The position numbers and the translations under genes are program-made. A DNA stretch of 63,786 nt, the filler included, from Sluysia triapertura (Eukaryota), in NCBI GenBank assembly GCA_046118255.1. It is 5 parts of 5 records of this genome, joined end to end, with 100 filler letters (N's around TTAATTAATTAA, not from the genome) between each part and the next. Parts side by side here need not be neighbours in the genome. Positions count along the whole stretch, not along the records: positions 38,356 to 51,778 come from JBJNIA010040690.1; positions 51,879 to 63,786 come from JBJNIA010157492.1; 3 more parts are not named here. One strand, given 5' to 3'. The number at the start of each line of letters is the position of its first letter. Within the stretch, counting starts at the first letter, position 1. Of this stretch, positions 39,236-51,949 are shown one piece after another. The notes beneath the pieces are model-generated. The model made no database searches. It worked only from the letters and a program-made list of their open reading frames with translations, and had not been told where the DNA came from.

Positions 39236-39706
39236 ATGCTAAAAAAAAATATTTTCAATCGTCGAATTAAAAAAGAAATTGAAAGAAATGATTTATATAA
39301 AGAATTTAAAGTTTGGTTAGAAATTTTGAATGAAACCGATTTAAAGCATTTAAAAGGTATATTTCATGGCCCTAAAAGTACACCATATGAAGGATTCCAG
39401 TTTGAAGTACAAATAAGATTAGGTGATAATTATCCCAGTACACCACCAGAACTAAAAATGATCACGAAAATTATTCACCCAAACATTTCTGAACATGGTC
39501 AAATTTGTTTTTCAATCTTGAATAATTTTGAATGGAAACCAACGTGTAATTTACATAATGTATTAATTTCAATGAGCTTTTTATTGGCTAATCCTAATGT
39601 TGATAGTCCTTTAAATAACTATGCTGCATGTGAATTAAAAAATGATCCAGAAGGTTATAATAAAATAGTTAGAGAATATTGCTTGAAACATGCTAAACAA
39701 GAATGA
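39236..39706 (+). CDS. Ubiquitin-conjugating enzyme E2, intronless, core domain only
   Basis: RIKKE, GPKSTPYEG, YPSTPP, HPN motif and catalytic Cys (HPNISEHGQIC), W-x-P, NPN.DSPLN. 156 aa, intact. Confidence 0.93.
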   Translation: MLKKNIFNRRIKKEIERNDLYKEFKVWLEILNETDLKHLKGIFHGPKSTPYEGFQFEVQIRLGDNYPSTPPELKMITKIIHPNISEHGQICFSILNNFEWKPTCNLHNVLISMSFLLANPNVDSPLNNYAACELKNDPEGYNKIVREYCLKHAKQE

Positions 39707-41639
39707 TCTCTAACAAAATGTCAAATATTATTAATAAATGTCTGAAACAATGCAATTACAATTTTTATATATAATAAAATCAGATATAACATTAATTGTT
39801 TTAATATTTTGTAATCCTATTATAATAATTGCGTACTATAATTTTGTAAATCATGTGTAAAGTAAAATATTTCGTTGCTTTAATAAAAATCGGCTGATTT
39901 TACAAAAGCGCTATTTTATCGTATCGTATCGGGCAAAATTTTAATCCTGAAAACAAAATTTAAATTATAAAAAATCGTTTTAAAACTTGCATTCATAAGA
40001 TCAAATCACTTTTAGGCTTTTATTTTGTTGAGATTATACAGGTATGTTGATCATATTTGCATAAAGCAAATGATGTATGTGACATTGATTATGAGATGAA
40101 AAACGTGTTATAACTGTTTTTGTGATGTTAAAGATGTAAGATTGCTATTATACCAATGTTTATGGTTTATTTTTCATGTTTATATTTTGATTAAAATTAC
40201 ATTTGAGGTGATTTGCGCATTGTTGGATGTAATTTAAACTCGTTAGCACTTACATTCTTGATATTTTTAAACTTATTTTAAGTTAATTTGATTACTATCT
40301 TAATCACATTATTCACATTTTCGTTCAAGTTCGATCGATATTGCCAGTTCATCCAAAAGCTTGGTTTCCATGTATGTTAGGAAAATGTTGAAAATAATTT
40401 GACTTAATCTTGACATTGTCATTGATCACCATATATGTATATTAATCCTATGCCTCCAATTTATAAATTTGGAATGGTCTCCCGGAATTTCATCGTAGAC
40501 CATGCCGTGGTTTATAGGAACTCATTTAAATATGCGTCACTTATTAAATCACGAACTCTCTTGAATTATCATATATTTGTTGATCATTGTAAACATAATC
40601 AACATGAAATCCCGAGAAACATTTTAAAATGTCTTGATACTTCATTTTTTTCTTAATCCACATTTTTGATTTGAATCACTTGGAAATTTATCATTTTTTA
40701 CCAAACACTATATAATTTCTAATCCTTAAACTATCACAAAAGATACAGTAAAATTTTATAATAATAATATTTACATTGCAATTATTTGTAAGAAAAATTT
40801 AAAAAACTTCAAACTATTCTTTATTATCATAAAAATCTCATGAAATACTGATTAAACACATCTTATTTTTACACAATACGAGACATTAAAAAATAGTTAA
40901 ATAGTTAACAGAAGCACTTTTGCGTACTGTCAAAACGAAGGTATGATTATAGGTAGTTTCACAGCATCAATAATCCATCAATTTTTCTGCAAGACATTAG
41001 CTTATTAATCGCTTAACAATCTGATTTATAAAAAAAACTGATAAAAATAGTAATAAGATAACTTACCTTGAAAATTAACGTAACTTTCTTAAGTGACCAA
41101 TGCGACGTGATCTACGAAGTAACTTCTAGTATACAAACTTTAACTTTGATTATTTCAGTTATAAATTATTTTTTGTTCTTTTCACAATCACTGTTTAAAA
41201 GAAAGAATATTTATGAATTATTCTTGGTTGGAGTTATATTTTGAAATGACAAATGAACAATAAAAAATATGAAACTATTTTTAATCAAGTGGTCAAACTA
41301 CTTATTGATTTTTTTAATACCAAATAATTAATTTTAATATTTAATTGTCTTTCAATTTCAGTTATTCGAAGAGTATGATCGATTATCTAGTTAAATAGTT
41401 AATGGTAATTGCAAAATTAATGCATTTATTACTTAAATTCTTAAACTTTTGATTAACCTGGTTTGAAGTTTACAATAATAGTAATTATTCTGAACTATTG
41501 TAAGTAGATAACAGTTAAACAATAATATAAATAAAAATCATGATATGAACAATATCGTTGTCGTATTTAAACATTATTGTCAAGAACTGATACGTATGCA
41601 TTGAAATAATCGTTGGTAGAGTCTGATGACAAAGATTTT

Positions 41640-42200
41640 CACTTAAGGATAACTGAAAACTGAGCGTGCGATTCTTTTTAGTAATATCGTTTTAATAAAA
41701 ACTTTGCCATATTTAAGTGCTACTATAACACTATACTCGATTGGTATTCCATGTAAACGTTAATAAATATATTAAAGTTTTAGTGATTGAGAAAGATGAC
41801 TGGGGTTTGTTTCAACCCCTATGACCCTTAATAAGTGATTTTTCACTTATTTATATAATTGTAAGTTGCTTTCAATATAATATCTTATTAGACGGTGTGT
41901 TTTTTGTGCGTACATTCATTTTATTAGGTAAAAACAATATGAACATCCAGATTTACAATAAAACAAATAAAATTAAAACTAGATTTCAATAAATAAAAAA
42001 TAAGTTGTAACATACACTTTCTAAATCTAATATCATAAAAGTTTTACCACAAGCTTCTTTACCATATGTACACAAACAGCCATTCGAAAAAAGATAAATG
42101 CCATAAATAAGTTTAAATTCTTCATAAATATAATTACGTGCCTTTGAACTAGAAAATGTTCAAGGTGAAAAGACTGTTGTTATAAATATGTTGAAATATA
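41640..42200 (-). pseudogene. Decayed kinesin motor-domain fragment
   Basis: TVFSP...YEEFKLI...NGCLCTYGKEACGKTFMI (cf. NxxIFAYGQTGSGKT), then VYMEY (cf. SYLEIY) and SHAQFSVIL (cf. RSHAIF) in the correct order. Stops present; no DLAGSE found. Confidence 0.45.
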
Positions 42201-44373
42201 TATTATGAATGTTGTATAGTTGGATTCTACATTTGTAACTTTAAAGCAAACTGATACAATATCTTCTGATTTTGTTTCTTTAGGACTACATACTATTGAA
42301 TAATCTACCATAAATCAGCCATAAATGCGGCGAACTGTCTAATATCTTGTATCAAATTATCGATAAAAAGCATTTGAAAAATAATTTTGAAATATGTATA
42401 GATATGGTTTCAAAGTCATTGTTGAACGTTTTGAAATTTACAGACGTGTATAATTTTCATGGTCTTTGGCGTAAGAAACTAAATAATTGACAAGATTTCT
42501 ATTATCATAATTTTGTCTACTTTCTTTACCAAAATCTACATAACTAATCATGAAGTCATTTTCAATAAGTCTAGACCATGTTTTTATTTTCAACTTCGAG
42601 TATTAATTATGGTTCATCGGTATTAACATTTATGTAAAATTTATACATTTTGTTATGTAAAGTGAAATTTATGTCTTTATTTTACTTTTATATATTTAAA
42701 CTTCTTTTACTTTCTTATCTTTATGTAGTTAGCAATTCTGAATAAATTTTGCGCACTATTCAATACTCTAATTTACTACTAACTTTAATCAAGTCTCGGA
42801 GGTATCTTGAGTCGAATACTCGTCTCGGATGTTTGAGATGAAAATGTCTAATTAGTTACATATTTTTTATTCTTTAAATATTTTCACACAATTTATATTA
42901 TTTCTTAATGAGTTACATTTAGTTTACTTTCTTAGGGCCTATTTATCAAAATTTTTACGAAAAGTACTCTTTACAATTTATAACACTATACTTGGTTAAA
43001 TTAAGAAAATTATATTTAAAAGTTTTGCTTTTTAGTGACCCTGTTTTCATCCTTCTCGTAAATAAATAAAAAATAGACGTAATGATTTTACTATTCGGAT
43101 TAAAGAAGAATTCAGAAAATTATCTCTTTCACGGAATTTGAATAACACTTTGTTAATTAATTATGACGTCGGATGTTACGGAATTATAGAATTAGGTTGA
43201 TTTTTACTTTATAGTGACTATAATATAGTCAATCAAATTATCTGATCATATTGAATTATCGTAGTAGTAGATTGAATTATAATAGAGTCTAATTATAATA
43301 AAAGAATCACGATATCAAATTGAACCAAATCAAATTGTGGTATTCAAATTATCTATAAACTGAATTATAGCATTAAACCAGCTTTTTCTCGGTGTCATCA
43401 CTTCGAATTGTACTTATATTTATACTTCTTTATATTTATTTTATGTATACGTTTTGAAATTTTAAATTATTACTGATATCATAATCAATTATTTAAACAT
43501 AATATTATCAATACTAATACTATAATACATAATATTATCAATGTTCCTTTCATCCGAATTACTTATAAATATTAAAGTAGAATCTATGTTCATATTACTT
43601 GCAAATTAAATATTAAATTCGGGCCTATATTTATCTATGTTTATTAACTTATGTTATATTACAAATTAAATTATATTAAAATAGAACACGCATTTTCATA
43701 ATGCTTTATTCTCTCTACTCTACCCAAATGATTTTAAATTTTGATTACGCAATATTTCTATTTTAATTAGTTTTTATTTGTTTAATTTTAATTCCATACT
43801 GTTTCTATTGAATCTTAGTTTACAATGGTTATTTTTAAAAAAACGATTTATTATTACTAAATTTTGATTTCGTATTATCTTTATGCAATTTAAATTTAAA
43901 ATGATTATTATTGTTTATATTTAAGAATTATGATCTCAAAAACTAATCAAATTTAATTTAAAATTATAAAATAAATTATTTTTATTGAACATTTGTATTA
44001 AATAAATGCTTTCTGTTATTACAAATATTAGAAGATTCTTTCAAAAAATAATAAATATCTTTTAAAATGAAATGCACACTTTATATCATTAGCGTTGACA
44101 TTGGATGAAAATATGAGATAGCATTAATCCCATAAAGTGTGTAGTTGAATCTATATTTTGCAGGAAATGTAATCAACTTTCCGAGGCGATATATTTGTGA
44201 AAACGTTTAATCATTGTAGAAAACAAATATTTATCTGTTTCAGATATTTTCTGAAGAATGATAGATTTTCCGTTTTTCGAATACTTTCATAATACGTTAA
44301 TAGTTATGCTATGAAATAATGTTATATAATATGTTAATTTACTGTGATTTTTTTTACATTAGCATACATTTAG

Positions 44374-44576
44374 AGTAATATAATAATCAAAATCGATACT
44401 GTGACTGGACAAATTTTTCAATTGAATTGTAATCAAGTAATACCTGAAGTATCAATTAAAAAATCCTTATTTTCACATCCAGTTTCGCAATTTCATCAAA
44501 AATCTAGCAATATTCGTGAACCATATTATTTATATAGACACCTGAAAGATTTGGCAATTTTTCATCAAACTGGAGA
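44374..44576 (+). CDS. Candidate internal exon, unknown protein
   Basis: tttag| then 67 open codons SNIIIKIDTVTGQ...DLAIFHQTG, ending at a consensus donor |gtaagt in phase 2. Confidence 0.4.
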
Positions 44577-47500
44577 GTAAGTTGTTTTTATAGAATGTTA
44601 AAATGTTATTGAAAAATCTTATGTACTTTAAAATATTTAAAAATGTACTCTTTGGTGAAGAAAAATTTCAATTTCGAAAATCATTAAAATAATTAATTAA
44701 AAGATTAAATTATAAGGAAAAAATGAAAGGTAGCGGTGATATAGCAGTTCCAAAATTAAAGAATCAATAAAACGTATTACAATATAATGACAAGCATAGA
44801 TTAAATCATGTTAATTTAATTCAAATACGTGCAACACTACGCTTCAAAAATATTAATGGCAGTTGTCTGATCTGACGATAAAATAATTATCTTCAATGGC
44901 GCTTTATTTTATTATAATGCATAAGTTGTATAATAAAATGTAGCTGATGCATGTGTAGGGTTAAGATGATTTACAGTTTAATACAATTAATGCATCTAAA
45001 TATGCTGTTAATCAGCTGTATTTTTATAAATTATTCAAATTATAACATTTATTTAAAGGAATTCAAAGTTTATATTTTTAAGGATGTTAACTTTTCTCAT
45101 TTTATTTTCAAGTTTTAGGAATTTTTTTAGATATTCCAATTGTATGGATGCATTTATTTTTGTTTTTTAAATTTTAATAGTAGGTCTTTATTAAAACAAT
45201 TATATTTTAATCACAAAAATTGAAGTTTGTTATTGATACAATAAATTCAGATGTTATATATATTATGCCTTAATTTAATGTTTTTTCACTTTTTCGAGTA
45301 AATATGAATGGGTGTAACGTATATCAACCTAAATTGCATTTAGAAAATAGGTAAATAAATTAATGGAACATTTTTTTAAATAATATTATAACTTATTGGT
45401 AGTACTGGTATTATTTTTTCATATTTAAGTCATTTTAAGATAAATGCACCTTATATAATATTAGTAAATAAGTACGGTAACACAAAAATAAAGAACATAT
45501 GCTTTGTATAATGTAAATATGATATGCATTTTGAGCGATATTTTTAACTCAAAAGACATAACACTATAACAATGTAATTGCATATTTATAATAATTATAA
45601 GTAATTTTAAAACCATTAAAATAATTCTACTAAAGTGAAACACTTTAAACAATAAGGTTCTACCGTAATTTAAAAAACAAAAACATGAATTTTGTATACA
45701 ATATACTATATTTTAATGCATTATTAAAATGACCAAAAACACTAGTAGTAAGTGTATTATTACAACGGATCAAAAGGAGACAATGAAAATCTAATCCAGT
45801 CCAAAACAATTAATAAAAAAAGTCAAGAAATCCATTGTTATGAATCTACCTTTTCAACATGTAAATATAAACCAAGGAAGTAAATTTTTTGCTCTAAAAT
45901 TGTAATATATAGTAAAATAAATAAAGAAAATTTAAAATTACTCAATATTCATTTAAATGAAAAAATATTGTATTTGAATTTAAAAATAAATGTGCTATAG
46001 ATTGTTTTGTAACATTAATTTTTAAATTTAGCTCCATCATTCATATTTTTAATCCAGATATAGTGAAATGGACTTCGTTGCAATGTCCTTTTAAAATACT
46101 GTATTTAACGTTTCCAAGTACCAATCACTGGGTATTGTATAATATGGAAAAAAGGTTCTTTTTCGTCTTTAAATGTTTGTAATGCAATCAATATTTTTTA
46201 TCTAATATAGAAAAATCATGAAACCACTTTACCCAACACATTTTCATTCAGAATTTATTTTTTTGACGGCTACTTTAACTTTTTTGTGCCGGCTTATTTT
46301 GCATTTTTATAAATTTTCATTACACTTAAGCAATGTAACATTTATAAAAGACTTGTGGTTTCTTGTTTTGTATAAGTTACACATTTTTATATAATGGTGG
46401 GATTAAAAAGCATATTGAACGACTGGAACATTTTTTTCTTATGAATATATTTTGAAAATCTAATGGAATACATATGTAGGCACGAAATTAAATGGATTTC
46501 AAGTGTTTTTAAAATTCACTTAATACTAGATTGTGAAGGTGCATCATTGTCTGTTTCCTGTTATTTCTTATCAATACCAAAATCATTTAATCCTATAAGA
46601 TAAAGAACTTTATCATGCTTTTTATTCCACTGTGTAAATTTTATAATGGCATGAATTTGAGTATGTTATTGAATATTTTGTAATTATGTTCGATGCATTT
46701 GAAAAGTACATTAATATAGATGGATATGAATTAAACAAAGTCTCATTATGTTACTAAAATTTTCTTGGGAAGACTGATTTCATTGTGAATTATCAAATAA
46801 ATGATAAAGTTCTTTGTTAGCTCAACTTGTAACGCATAATTTTATTATACGGAAAATCTCAACTCTTAATTCGATTACAATCAGATCATCAAATGAAATT
46901 CATACATTACATCATTTAATGCATTTACCAAATTCATAAGCACATACAGATGTAATAGCTATAGGCCAAATCCTAAATATAATAGGATTCAATAGAGAAA
47001 CAAAAGCATTTATCAAAACCTGTAACAGTAACTACAAATTCAGAGATCATCAAATACATCCTGCATTTTATACATTTAACGTACAATTATAACGTAATAA
47101 ACATTTCTATTTCATCATCAGGCTTTAACGTTTCATATTTCAGATAACTTATCCTTTACTCTTTAATACCATGCTAAATTAAATTATCCTTTTCAATCTT
47201 TAAGTTCTCAAATATACAAATATAATCATAATCATAAAGAACCTTGCCAGATTCCAAACTTTATAATTAAATCCTTTGACTTAATGCCGTCAACAATTTA
47301 GTCTTATAATACAATCTCTAGGAATTATTTATTTATTTGTGAAGAAGTACGTACAAAATTGAAGAAATTAGTTGTATGTGTCAAAATTATATTTGCAGCA
47401 CAACTATTGAAAGTTTAGTAAAAGGCTCCGAATATGCATTCAATACTTATTTTGCTTAAAAAGATGTAAGATTTTTCAATGTGCTAATTGCAACTCTACC

Positions 47501-48022
47501 AACACAAAATTCTATTTCAAGTACAATTTTAGAGTATAAATTGTATTACATTACAGTCACAAAAAATAAAGCTACTAAATGAACAACCTACGTTCAATGA
47601 TCCATTACCTTACTACTACTATTACTATTACTACTGTTATATTGCTAATATTTTTATTATTATTATTAACATCATTAATGTTATAGTTATTACTAACATT
47701 ATTATCACTATCAAAATTTAGAAGCATTCTAAAAATTAAGATAGATTGATAATTAATTCTAAATGAATATAAATTGCAAATGACATGTGATATTTATGAA
47801 GCGGGATTTTTACTGAATTTTTCTATATACCTGGCTTTTAACATTTTGTTTCTAGCTATAACAATACTCAATGAAATAATATGAATTATGTTTACAAGTT
47901 TATGTGCATAGGTAAATATAAGTAATAGTTTTTTTATTAGATTTGCTTATAATAATATTAATAATAATTAAATAAAAATAATAATTTAAAATAATTAATT
48001 TTTCTAAAGCAAGTTTGCCAAA

Positions 48023-48052
48023 CCAATGAAATGCGAATTCGCATTTCATTGG
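48023..48052. repeat. Perfect 30-bp palindrome
   Basis: CCAATGAAATGCGAA-TTCGCATTTCATTGG, no spacer. Confidence 0.95.
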
Positions 48053-48279
48053 AACAAAGATGCATTGAAAAGTAATGATTCACATTAAAAATTTGATATT
48101 ACTTTTTATTCTACAAAATTTAACGTATAAAATATTGAATAGAATATTTGGTGTCTTTAATAAAAATATTTTTTACATACTTTTGATTATTTAATTTATG
48201 AATGTTATAAATGATCAACAAAAAAGAGCTCCCTCTGCTACCTTCTTTGGTATTCTGAAGAGTAATACTGTAATTATAT

Positions 48280-48640
48280 AATTTGTCAGTAAATATAAAA
48301 CTATAATCAATCGTTTCGATATTAATCTTCTCTTAAAAACGATACATTGGGAAGACCTTTCAACTTGATTGCAATTTTACGACATTGCTGGTCAAGAAAG
48401 ATTTCGTAGTTTAATTCCAAGTTATATGTGGCAGTCGCTGCTTATTACAAATGACATCTCTCACTAAATCACAAAATAGTTTGACAATATTAGCACTGAA
48501 ATAGTTAATAATTCCATTGTCAAGTTGTTAGAGAAGATTTATTTTGTTGAAAGAAAAGTGTCTATTGAGGAATAAAAATCCTCGAATCGAATGCTATTTG
48601 GAGTAGCTTCAACACTAAAAAGTTATTTTGCAGAATAACT
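48280..48640 (+). pseudogene. RAB6: Rab6-like pseudogene fragment
   Basis: KTIHWEDLST*LQFYDIAGQERFRSLIPSY matches Rab6 switch II (WDTAGQERFRSLIPSY), followed by ERKVSIEE*. Stops and frameshifts; no introns seen. Confidence 0.8.
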
Positions 48641-51351
48641 ATTGAATAAGCAAGCAGAAGAAAATCGACAATTCAACATAAAAATATTGAGATACCTAAA
48701 TCTAAATATACTAGTATGATATTTGTAAGTAAATTTTTTAGTGGACTTTATATGTTTTATTTTATTTTTAGATTATTGTGTACTATAATTGATGACTTTG
48801 TTTATTATTTATGTATTATTGGGATAGATCAAAAGCCCATTATGGTAATTAAAAATCTAATGCGCTTTAAGTGTGTAATTTCACTAATAATTATAAATAA
48901 ATTTAGCTTCCATGTAAATTAATTATGGGATGGAAGTTTCAGCTGATATTCAGTTTGAAATAAATCTGAGTCAGAATCGGAAACCTAATTGCGTGTTAAT
49001 GACATGCGCAACTACTTAAATAGTGATACAATCTCTTGGCCAATTCATAATAAATTGAGAAAATAATATTAAAGAAATGATATGAATGAGATCAATTGGC
49101 AATGTACATTTAGTGTTAATAAAATTCGACGTCTTCTGGTAATCTTAGTCTTAAATCTTAAATGTAATCTTAATTCTAACAAGCATGAATAATATTACAA
49201 AGTAATGTATAAATCTCAGTCATCTTAGTCTCGTACAACAATATGTAAACGCAATTAAAGCTCATTCAAACTTTAAACATATCGTTACATTGATATACTA
49301 CATTAAATCTAACTTTTAAACATACTCATACATTAAACTACATAAATTTTGTATTAAAGTAAAATTTTACAGCGTCACGACATAGAATTCTGTTCATACG
49401 TGAATGAGCATCGTATGAGAATTTATTTTCAGTCATTTCTTTGTCAACTGAATTTAATTTAAGTGCTACAACTTTCGTGATAATTAGTTTTAATCTTAAG
49501 AATTTTGAGATAAAATGTTATGGTTTAATATTACTATGATATTATTTATAGGTATCGTTTATTTTATTGTTTATTAACACATTTATTAAATGACAATTAT
49601 AAAATTATACAAGTAGAGCTTCTTAATTTAATTAAAACATATTCAATTTCATAAGTTTGCGAGTGTTCTCTTTATTATCATTGTCATTTGTTATATTAAC
49701 TTAGACGGTAAAATATTTTCTTTTTTGCTACATCTTCGAACGCTGATGTTTTTCTTTTGCTTTCGAGATCGTTCGGAATAACATGGTGCTGTTGTTTAGT
49801 CTAAACCAGGATACAAATCAACATTCAGTACGCTGTTTTACGTTGTAGTAGAGACATTTTTAGATTCTATTTCATCGCTACCAAGGTTCAACGCTCAAGG
49901 CAGAAGATATAGGTGAAGTTCCTGTTGAATAAAGTGTTAAAAATGATTGAGAGCGTTTTTATAGAAATTTCATTGTTATGAAAATAGGTCTAATTTTAAG
50001 TTTTTAGAGGTTTTTATGTTTGCTAAGTTTATATGTGATTGAGTATTTGTCTAATATTTTGTAAGTTAAATGTTATGTTTTATTTATTTGTTTTGGTGAA
50101 ATTTTGAATGATAGGTTTGAACCATCATAAAGAAGAAATCTTACATGAGTTATCGTTTAATAATTTCTTTATGATATGAATTAGTTTCAAATTTTGGTTA
50201 AGTTTTTTTTCAATTTAAATGCTGAAGAGTGAAAATTGAGAGTTTATTTCCACTTCCATCCAAAACTTAAATTCCATGAAGCTTAAAATTATTTTCCGTT
50301 TATAATTTATAGTAAATTTAATTTTGATTAATAGTAGTCACAAAATTGGAATTTTAACATTAATGTGATTGTGATCTACCCTAAATGTATCGAATGAATA
50401 AATAACTTGATTAATTATAATAGTCCACAATAAAAATAAAAGGTTTGTATAAAATTTTAGCCGAAATATAAAAATTGTCACAAATTCTTCGTAAAAATAC
50501 AGAATGATGAATTTTTAGAAAACTCTTTACTACTAAATGCATAAAATTATGAATTCTTTGTATATATCTAAATTCGTTGTTAAATAAAAAGACGAGTAAA
50601 TTGATTTTCTTTTTTATTAATATCTTGAGCATAAGAAGCTGCACATGGTTTACTGTTAATATCAAATTCCAAAAGTCTATTTTCACTTTCTTCGCAAAGA
50701 GCCTCAGGTGACTTACATTGTCTTTCTCACTATTAAACACTTTTAATTGGATAATGAACGTCAAGATTATGTAACAAGATTATGCTTTATGGACTTTGAA
50801 CCATAGTAAGAAATTAAAAATATGCATTACTAATGCAGACAAAAATAACTGTTCTTAAGGTTTAATTATATTAAGGTTGAAATAATATTTTCAATTAAAT
50901 ATTCAAAATTTCAACAGTATTACGCAAATTATTACTAGCCACATTTTTATTTCTTATCAACGCATTTTTCAATGTATTAAAAAAAGATATTAATTAATTA
51001 ATTAATTAATAATTTTGTTTCACTTAATTTTTAATTAAAAAAATTTACAAAGAAAAAAATGAAGGCTCGGGATATATGTGACATTCGAGATTATTTGTAA
51101 AGTTAATATAATTTTCTAAATTATTACAAAAAATTTAATTTAAAATTTAATGTTTTCTTTGTATAACCTGTGTTATATTCATAAAAATACGGTTATTAGT
51201 AATTAGCACGTATATGTAAACAATAACATTGGTCTTAATTTTAACTAAGAAATTTTAGTGTTACTAAATTTTCATGATTGTTATTTTACGTCAAGAAAAT
51301 ATATGCTAGACTAATGAATCATTGAACATATATTAATTTAACTATTTTTAG

Positions 51352-51431
51352 ACCATTCATATTATCAAATTTTAATGATTCCAAATTTGAAATTCGAGAA
51401 GTTGAAAGCGATTCACCAACTGCAGTTCAAG
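51352..51431 (+). CDS. Candidate internal exon, phase-compatible with 44374-44576
   Basis: atttttag|a-PFILSNFNDSKFEIREVESDSPTAVQ-g|gttatt. Confidence 0.35.
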
Positions 51432-51778
51432 GTTATTTTGTTTTCAGTTTATTATCCTTATAATACTAAACTAATCATATAAATTATTAAAATTAAATTT
51501 CCATGAAAGCATAAGCCTTGAAATTGTGAGCCTAAATTCAAATTAATTTATATTCAATTAATTTATAAATCTTATTTCGTGGCGCATAAAAAGGAATATA
51601 AAATACACTGAAACACTTGTTAATTTAAATAAACGAAATGGAGAAATGTAATAATAAGAATTTTATGCTGACCTAAAGGGTTCCTCGAATTTAATCTGAA
51701 TTTACTTGTAAAATATTTAAACATTCGTATGTAATTTAAAAAAATTTTCATAATAAAGTAGCATTTATTATATATAGT

Positions 51779-51878
51779 NNNNNNNNNNNNNNNNNNNNNN
51801 NNNNNNNNNNNNNNNNNNNNNNTTAATTAATTAANNNNNNNNNNNNNNNNNNNNNNNNNNNNNNNNNNNNNNNNNNNN
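51779..51878. other. Assembly linker
   Basis: N44-TTAATTAATTAA-N44. Confidence 0.98.
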
Positions 51879-51922
51879 AACGGATGAATATTCGTGTACC
51901 TATCCTGGTATTGTTTGTAAAT

Positions 51923-51949
51923 ACACGGGCCGCCACTTTGACACCACTG
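51923..51949 (-). mobile_element. hAT (Charlie-like) terminus
   Basis: Minus strand reads tagag-CAGTGGTGTCAAAGTGGCGGCCCG, a typical hAT-Charlie end. Confidence 0.6.

Noticed and set aside
12237-51878. TTAATTAATTAA motif recurring about every 13 kb
   Set aside because: It is an artificial six-frame-stop linker inside N runs, not biological.
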